Shown: one piece after another, positions 56,870-64,000 of the stretch | Layout: each line of letters starts with the position of its first letter | Numbering within the stretch: position 1 is the stretch's first letter | Source: Hyphomonadaceae bacterium UBA5336 | GTDB lineage: Bacteria > Pseudomonadota > Alphaproteobacteria > Caulobacterales > Hyphomonadaceae | Assembly: GCA_002408125.1 (NCBI GenBank) | Contig: DHQO01000022.1 | Location: 25,582-89,581, forward strand | Direction of reading: 5' to 3' | DNA length: 64,000 nt | Program-made: the position numbers and the translations under genes | The notes under the pieces: generated by a model | Told to the model about the DNA's origin: nothing | Databases searched by the model: none | What the model saw: only the letters and a program-made list of their open reading frames with translations

Positions 56870-57565
56870 ATGATTGTCACCTGCCCCGCCTGCGAAAATT
56901 CATACTTTGTCGAAGACAGCACGCTTGGCCGCGATGGCGCGGAGCTGACCTGTATCTCCTGCGGCCATGCCTGGTTCGAGGAGGTTGAGGGCGCGGTGGG
57001 TGATGAAACCCTCGCGCGCGGGGCCCATGAACGCTACCTGGAGGCCGTGCGCCTGCGCGGGCGCCGGCGTTCGCGCCTTGTGGCGGTCACCGTGTGGGCG
57101 CTGGTCGCGGCTATCGTCGCTGGCAGCCTGACCGCGGCGGTATATTATCGCGACGAGGTCGCGCGCCGCTGGCCGGAATCGGCAAGCGCCTTTGCCCTGC
57201 TTGGCCTCGATGTGAACCGGTTCGGTGTGGATTTCGAGAATATCCAGCGCTCGCGCGAACTGCGCGGCACGGTGCCCGTGCTCACGGTCTCGGCCGATGT
57301 GCGCAATATCACCGGCAAGGCCCAGCCGGCGCCGCGTGTGCGCGTCGGCCTGCTCGACGATTTCGGCCGCGAGATTGCGCACATGTTTGCCGATGTGACG
57401 CCCGTCACCATTCCTGCCGGTGCCTCGGGCCATTTCAGCGCTGTGCTGGAAAACCCGCCGGCGGAGTCCTACAGCCTTGATCTGCGCTTTGTGGATGTGG
57501 AAGAACCGGCCCAGCATGCCGATGCCGGCATGGACCTGACCCCAGCCGACCCCACCGAGCCATGA
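56870..57565 (+). CDS. MJ0042-type zinc-ribbon protein with a DUF3426-like C-domain
   Basis: MIVTCPACENSYFV..LTCISCGHAW zinc ribbon, one TM helix and a beta-rich C-terminal domain. ATG at 56870 preferred over TTG at 56855. Confidence 0.75.
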   Translation: MIVTCPACENSYFVEDSTLGRDGAELTCISCGHAWFEEVEGAVGDETLARGAHERYLEAVRLRGRRRSRLVAVTVWALVAAIVAGSLTAAVYYRDEVARRWPESASAFALLGLDVNRFGVDFENIQRSRELRGTVPVLTVSADVRNITGKAQPAPRVRVGLLDDFGREIAHMFADVTPVTIPAGASGHFSAVLENPPAESYSLDLRFVDVEEPAQHADAGMDLTPADPTEP

Positions 57566-58086
57566 CGGACCTGTCGAAACTGACCACACTGGTGGATGAA
57601 GCCACCCTCTCAAGAGAAATCGATGCCCTGGCAGACCGCCTCGCCCCGCACCTTCAGGGCGAGTGGACGGTGGTCTCCATCCTGATCGGTGCCACGCCCT
57701 TCACAAGCGACCTGATGAAGGCGCTGGCAAAGCGCGATGTTCACCCGGTGCTCGATGCGCTGTGGCTGGAAAGCTATGGCGACGCGCAGGAAAGCTCCGG
57801 CCGGGTGGCCGTGCGGGCCGACCTCTCACGCCCGGTGAAGGGACGCGGGGTCCTCATCGTCGACGATGTCTTCGATACCGGCCGCACGCTGCATTTCGCC
57901 CGCACCCATATGGAGGCCAAGGGCGCGACCAAGGTGATGACCTGCGCGCTTGCCAGAAAGCCCAGCGCGCCGCAGACGGGGTGTGATTTCTTCGCCATCG
58001 AAACCCCGGAACGCTTTCTCGTTGGCTATGGCATGGACGTGGCGGGCAAGTATCGCGGACTTCCTTTCATTGGAGCGCTCGACTGA
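57562..58086 (+). CDS. hpt: hypoxanthine phosphoribosyltransferase
   Basis: 174 aa with the PRPP-binding motif VLIVDDVFDTGRTL. ATGA overlap with the upstream gene. Confidence 0.9.
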   Translation: MTDLSKLTTLVDEATLSREIDALADRLAPHLQGEWTVVSILIGATPFTSDLMKALAKRDVHPVLDALWLESYGDAQESSGRVAVRADLSRPVKGRGVLIVDDVFDTGRTLHFARTHMEAKGATKVMTCALARKPSAPQTGCDFFAIETPERFLVGYGMDVAGKYRGLPFIGALD

Positions 58087-58490
58087 TGGCCCGTCAGACC
58101 CTTGCAGCGGTCACCCTCGTGGTGCCCGACTATGATGTCGGGATCGCCTATTTCACCGGCGTGCTGGGCTTTGACCTGATCGAGGACAGCGACCTCGGCG
58201 ATGGCAAGCGCTGGGTTCTGGTCGCGCCGAAGCAGAGCCAGGCCTGCCGCATCCTGCTGGCAAGGGCCAAGGGGGAAGAGCAGGAAAATGCCATCGGCAA
58301 CCAGACCGGCGGGCGGGTGGCCTTCTTCCTCTATACCGACGATTTCGAAGGCGATTATGCCGCTTATCAGGCCGCCGGCGTCACCTTCATGGAAGAACCG
58401 CGCGAGGAGCCTTATGGCCGCGTCGTGGTGTTCCAGGATGCTTTCGGCAATCTCTGGGACATGATCCAGCCTGGGCAGATCGACGACTAG
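58086..58490 (+). CDS. VOC (glyoxalase/bleomycin-resistance) family protein
   Basis: 134 aa. The beta-alpha-beta-beta-beta module pattern and the FQDAFGNLWDM C-terminus are typical of the family. Confidence 0.75.
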   Translation: MARQTLAAVTLVVPDYDVGIAYFTGVLGFDLIEDSDLGDGKRWVLVAPKQSQACRILLARAKGEEQENAIGNQTGGRVAFFLYTDDFEGDYAAYQAAGVTFMEEPREEPYGRVVVFQDAFGNLWDMIQPGQIDD

Positions 58491-59422
58491 GTTCTGTGCT
58501 CATGCCCTGAACTGGCATGTTCCCAGACCATGAGCAGCACGCCAGCGAACACGGCGCCGAAGCCGACAAGGTGAGCCCAGCGGAAGGTTTCCCCGAGCAG
58601 GATATAGGACAGGACCAGCGCCGAGAGTGGCATCACGGCCATGAAGCTCGCTGCCAGCGGGCCGGGCGCCTGGCGCACGCCGGTATACCAGATCACCGGG
58701 GCGAGGGCGCCGGTGGCGGCACCCCAGAACAGGACTGCGCTCCAGTCCGCCGCGCTGGCACCACTGATATCAAAGGGGTTCGGGTCGATCAGCAGGGCGA
58801 GCAGGGCAAAGGCCGGCATCGCCATCAAAGTGGCCGCGAAGGTCACCGCCAGTGACGAGACCTCATCGCTGAGCAACTTCGACAGCAGCGTGTAGGCCGT
58901 CTCGAAGCAGACTGCCAGTCCGACCAGGGCCGCCCCCAGGATTACCGCTTGGCCGCCATCCTCGCCGGACATGTCTCGCATCAGGTTGATCGCGACCACG
59001 CCGACAACGGCAAGGCCGAGCGCGCCGGCCTTGCGCCAGTTCATCGCCGAGCCGAGAAACACCACCGCTGCCAGCGCCGTCACCGCGGGTGTGGAACTCA
59101 TCACCGTTGCCCCGATCACCCCGGTGGTCAGCCGCATGCCGAACAGCATGGTGGAGGTGAACCCAACCATTCCGACCATGGCGATGAGGGCGATCACGAG
59201 CCAGTCGCGCCGTTTGGCAAGGCGCAGTTCCTTAAGGTGCGGCGCCATGAAGGGAGCCAGTGCGATGGCCGCAATCGTCATGCGCATCAGCGAGGCGGTG
59301 AAGACCGGAAAGGCCTCCGACACGATCTTGCTGATCGGCGTGGTCGATCCGAACAGCGACATGCCGATCAGCAATTGCAGATATACGAGAGGGTGGGGAG
59401 AGGAGCTTTCAAACGCGCGCAT
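58487..59422 (-). CDS. DMT-family (EamA) transporter
   Basis: About 311 aa from MRAFESS with roughly 10 hydrophobic segments. The longer ORF start at 59512 would overlap the divergent DUF418 start. Confidence 0.8.
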   Translation of the reverse strand: MRAFESSSPHPLVYLQLLIGMSLFGSTTPISKIVSEAFPVFTASLMRMTIAAIALAPFMAPHLKELRLAKRRDWLVIALIAMVGMVGFTSTMLFGMRLTTGVIGATVMSSTPAVTALAAVVFLGSAMNWRKAGALGLAVVGVVAINLMRDMSGEDGGQAVILGAALVGLAVCFETAYTLLSKLLSDEVSSLAVTFAATLMAMPAFALLALLIDPNPFDISGASAADWSAVLFWGAATGALAPVIWYTGVRQAPGPLAASFMAVMPLSALVLSYILLGETFRWAHLVGFGAVFAGVLLMVWEHASSGHEHRT

Positions 59423-59510
59423 GTTCTGCCTGCTGGGAAGGTGAGCCTGTTCGAAATAGTGATTTGCGGCTAAGACAGTTCCGGGAACGGTTCCATTAGA
59501 GGGGGAAGCC

Positions 59511-60707
59511 ATGCGCAGTTACGCAGAAGATACCGCGGCGGCTGGCCGCGAGGTCCTGCCGGACCTGACGCGGGCCTGGGCCCTGTTCGGCATCGCGGTG
59601 GTGAATGTCGGCGTGCTGTCCTGGCCGATGGTGTCAGGCTATCATGGCGGCGCCATGCAGGGACCGGCTGACTATACGCTTTATTTTCTCGTCGTCGCCC
59701 TGTTCATGTTGAAGTCCTACTCCCTGTTCTCCTTCATGTTCGGGGTCGGCTTTGCCTATCAGATGCAGTCGGCTGAGCGCCGCTCGGTCGGCTTTGCCGG
59801 GCGCTACTGGCGGCGTATTCTCGGCCTTTTCCTGTTCGGACTGCTGAACATTTTCTGCTTCTTCATCGGCGATATCCTGGTGATGTATTCGCTGCTTGGA
59901 TCGCTGCTCTTTCTGTTTCGCAAGGCGGGCACGAAGACGCTGCTCGGATGGGCCATCGGCGTTTACATCGTCCAGATCCTCTTTATCGGCCTGATGGCAT
60001 TCGGGATCTGGGCCGGCGTGACCTACGCGCCGGAGGAAATGGCCAAGGCGTCCACGCAAATGGAAGAACTGGACGTTAAATCTCTCGAAACCTTCACGAC
60101 AGCAGGTTTTCTCGAAACCGCGGGCTATCGCCTGGCGATCTACGCCCAGAATCTCGTCAACTTCATCTTTCTCCAGGGGATCGGTGCGCTGGCTTTCTTC
60201 CTGTTCGGCCTCTCGGCGGTAAAAAGTGGGATCATCGCCAATCCCTCCGCACCGATCTGGCGGAAGGCACGCTGGCAAGCTCTGCCGGTTGGCCTCGTCG
60301 TATCGGCATTAGGCGCCTGGTTGATGATCCAGGGCGAGGGCGTGTTCGATCCGCGCATGATGGCCGGCATGCTCCTGATCACCCTCGGCAGCCCGTTTTC
60401 CAGCTTTGGCTATATCGGCCTGATCGCCAAATGGGCCGAAGGTCCCGGCGGTCCGGTCCGCAGTTTCTTCGCGCGCGGCGGCACGGCCAGCCTCACGGCG
60501 TATCTGCTGCAGAACGCAATCCTGTCATTCACGTTCAGCGCCTATGGGTTTGGCATGTTTGCGAAGCTGCCGGCCTCGACCTGCGTGCTGATCGGCGCGG
60601 GCGTGGCGCTGTTCTCGATCGCCTTTACCAGCCTGTGGCGCCTGTGGTTCGCGCGTGGGCCGATGGAAGTGATTTTGCGGAACTGGACGTATCTGGGCGC
60701 GCGCTGA
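59511..60707 (+). CDS. DUF418 domain-containing membrane protein (YeiB-like)
   Basis: 398-aa polytopic protein. The C-terminal [12 protein letters not shown] is typical of DUF418. AGAGGGGGA RBS. Confidence 0.8.
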   Translation: MRSYAEDTAAAGREVLPDLTRAWALFGIAVVNVGVLSWPMVSGYHGGAMQGPADYTLYFLVVALFMLKSYSLFSFMFGVGFAYQMQSAERRSVGFAGRYWRRILGLFLFGLLNIFCFFIGDILVMYSLLGSLLFLFRKAGTKTLLGWAIGVYIVQILFIGLMAFGIWAGVTYAPEEMAKASTQMEELDVKSLETFTTAGFLETAGYRLAIYAQNLVNFIFLQGIGALAFFLFGLSAVKSGIIANPSAPIWRKARWQALPVGLVVSALGAWLMIQGEGVFDPRMMAGMLLITLGSPFSSFGYIGLIAKWAEGPGGPVRSFFARGGTASLTAYLLQNAILSFTFSAYGFGMFAKLPASTCVLIGAGVALFSIAFTSLWRLWFARGPMEVILRNWTYLGAR

Positions 60708-61839
60708 CCGGGCCATCGGTAAGCTTTGCCGGGCGGCGGTGCACCGGCGCCACGCGCGAGGCGAAGACATGCTCGCCGGCATAGAGGGCGGGCAGGATTT
60801 CATCGCCCCGCAGCCCGCCATCGAAGCCGACAATGTGGCAACTGTCATAACGTGCTGGCGCGATCCGGTGTGAGCCGACCTCGCCTGCCAGCGCTACCGG
60901 GAAGTCCAGTACCGGGCTCAGCCGCAGCGCCGCAGCGCCCGCAGCCCTGGCCGAGCGATGGATCGCCCGCAGCAGTTCCACCGCGTCGCTCTCCCAGCCG
61001 GCAATCGGTGCGATGGCGAGATCGGTAATCTGGGCAATCGCCGGTTCATGCTTGTTCAGCTTTGCGAGCGTGACCATGGCGACATGGCCGGCCGGATGCA
61101 GGAACACACAGGACCGGCCCGGCGCATCCGGGTCCGCCAGCCGCCAGCGATAGCCCTCCAGCGAGCGGGCGATCCGCCAGCCGTTTTCGCACGGGGCGGC
61201 GTTGAGCACTTTCAGGGCCGCATCGAGCCGCGCCCAGTCCTCGCGCCGGAAGAGGTTCAGCGCCATGTTCTGGCTTTCCGGTATCGGCCATTGCAGGCGG
61301 GTGGTCAGCCATTCGCGGCGCGCAAGCTGGCCATAGGCCAACTGGTTGCGGGCGGCATAGCTGAGCGCGCGGCCAGCCGAATAGATCCAGGGCCGCAGAG
61401 GCCAGTCTATGCTGGACTGGCCGGCTGACCCGATCCAGGGACGCATGCCGACCTTCTTCAGGACCGGTGCGGAGGCGGCATTGTTTTTCAGTGTGGTCAC
61501 CGGAACCGGTGCGCTCTTGTCCAGTACCGTCTGCACAAGCTGTCGGCCGAGCCCGGCCCGCCGTTGTGCCATGACGAAGCTGTGACCGGTGATGATCTGA
61601 CGCGTTCTGCCGGCGCTTTGCACCTGCTGCCGCATGGTGCCGAGAAAACCCAGCGCCTCGCCATCGGCGCCGCGCATCAGCTGGCCGGCAGGCGCCCCGT
61701 GCTGTTCGGGATTGTCGAAGAGCAGCCAGTTCCAGCCGGCCGGACTGCGCGCGGGGAAGCCGCACGCCTTCGCGATCTCCGCGATCGCGGGTATATCCTC
61801 GCTGCGAACAGCGTCGATCTGCACGTGTGTCCTCGTCAT
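60625..61839 (-). CDS. GNAT-family N-acetyltransferase with a long C-terminal extension
   Basis: The in-frame ATG at 61839 ([22 protein letters not shown]..) begins a GNAT core (..[11 protein letters not shown]..). Everything upstream in the 1079-aa track ORF is antisense to purL. Confidence 0.65.
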   Translation of the reverse strand: MTRTHVQIDAVRSEDIPAIAEIAKACGFPARSPAGWNWLLFDNPEQHGAPAGQLMRGADGEALGFLGTMRQQVQSAGRTRQIITGHSFVMAQRRAGLGRQLVQTVLDKSAPVPVTTLKNNAASAPVLKKVGMRPWIGSAGQSSIDWPLRPWIYSAGRALSYAARNQLAYGQLARREWLTTRLQWPIPESQNMALNLFRREDWARLDAALKVLNAAPCENGWRIARSLEGYRWRLADPDAPGRSCVFLHPAGHVAMVTLAKLNKHEPAIAQITDLAIAPIAGWESDAVELLRAIHRSARAAGAAALRLSPVLDFPVALAGEVGSHRIAPARYDSCHIVGFDGGLRGDEILPALYAGEHVFASRVAPVHRRPAKLTDGPVSARPDTSSSAKSLPSAHARTTGATGW

Positions 61840-61862
61840 AGGCTTACCCAAGCAAGAGCCGG

Positions 61863-61898
61863 GCCGTGCGGGCAGTGCCTTTTCCCGGCCCGCACGGC
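61863..61898. repeat. 10-bp GC-rich inverted repeat in the GNAT/purL divergent spacer
   Basis: GCCGTGCGGG-N16-CCCGCACGGC, read directly from the sequence. Confidence 0.6.
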
Positions 61899-61944
61899 AG
61901 CTTTGAACTGGCAGTTCTGCACGCGCGCGTTTAATAGGGCGTTC

Positions 61945-64000
<2,056 letters not shown>

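Noticed and set aside
61840-61944. A ZTP (pfl) or other purine-related riboswitch upstream of purL.
   Set aside because: Only short fragments resemble what I recall of the pfl conserved segments (CCGGGC.., ACTGGC), and they occur in the wrong order. I could not run a covariance-model scan, so this rejection is tentative.

Overview
This is a 64-kb, visibly high-GC, gene-dense segment that reads as core chromosome of an alphaproteobacterium. The assignment rests on alpha-type AddAB, the tsaE-amgK-murU-addB-addA-trxA and DUF2125-plsC-ydcF-ftsX-ftsE gene orders, and a DUF2849/DUF934-type sulfite-reduction operon. I call 62 protein-coding genes (purL is cut by the window end), one frameshifted glutathione peroxidase gene, one tRNA-Arg(CCT), two intrinsic terminators and about 14 copies of short repeats. 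Gene content: a sulfate-assimilation operon (cysG-DUF2849-GST-cysI-DUF934-cysH-DUF2332), chorismate mutase and phhA, polA, murB, leuC, a thiolase, asd, mnmA, an orphan cheY-cheR pair, mutL, two outer-membrane proteins, prs, dut, obg-proB, addBA, trxA, ftsEX, hpt and purL. I saw no integrase, transposase, phage gene, CRISPR-Cas, toxin-antitoxin pair or recognisable defence hallmark. I cannot honestly point to a discrete novel multi-gene system here. The most unusual signal is non-coding. Most of the longest intergenic spacers are filled with members of four short hairpin-repeat families (R1-R4). In R1-R3 the stems differ between copies by compensatory double substitutions while the loop sequences stay fixed, which argues for selection on structure. 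I do not recognise these motifs as named families. Many very long ORFs in the six-frame track are antisense shadows typical of high-GC DNA and were rejected. Stops are read directly from the sequence. Starts were chosen from family-typical N-termini and RBS spacing and are less certain.
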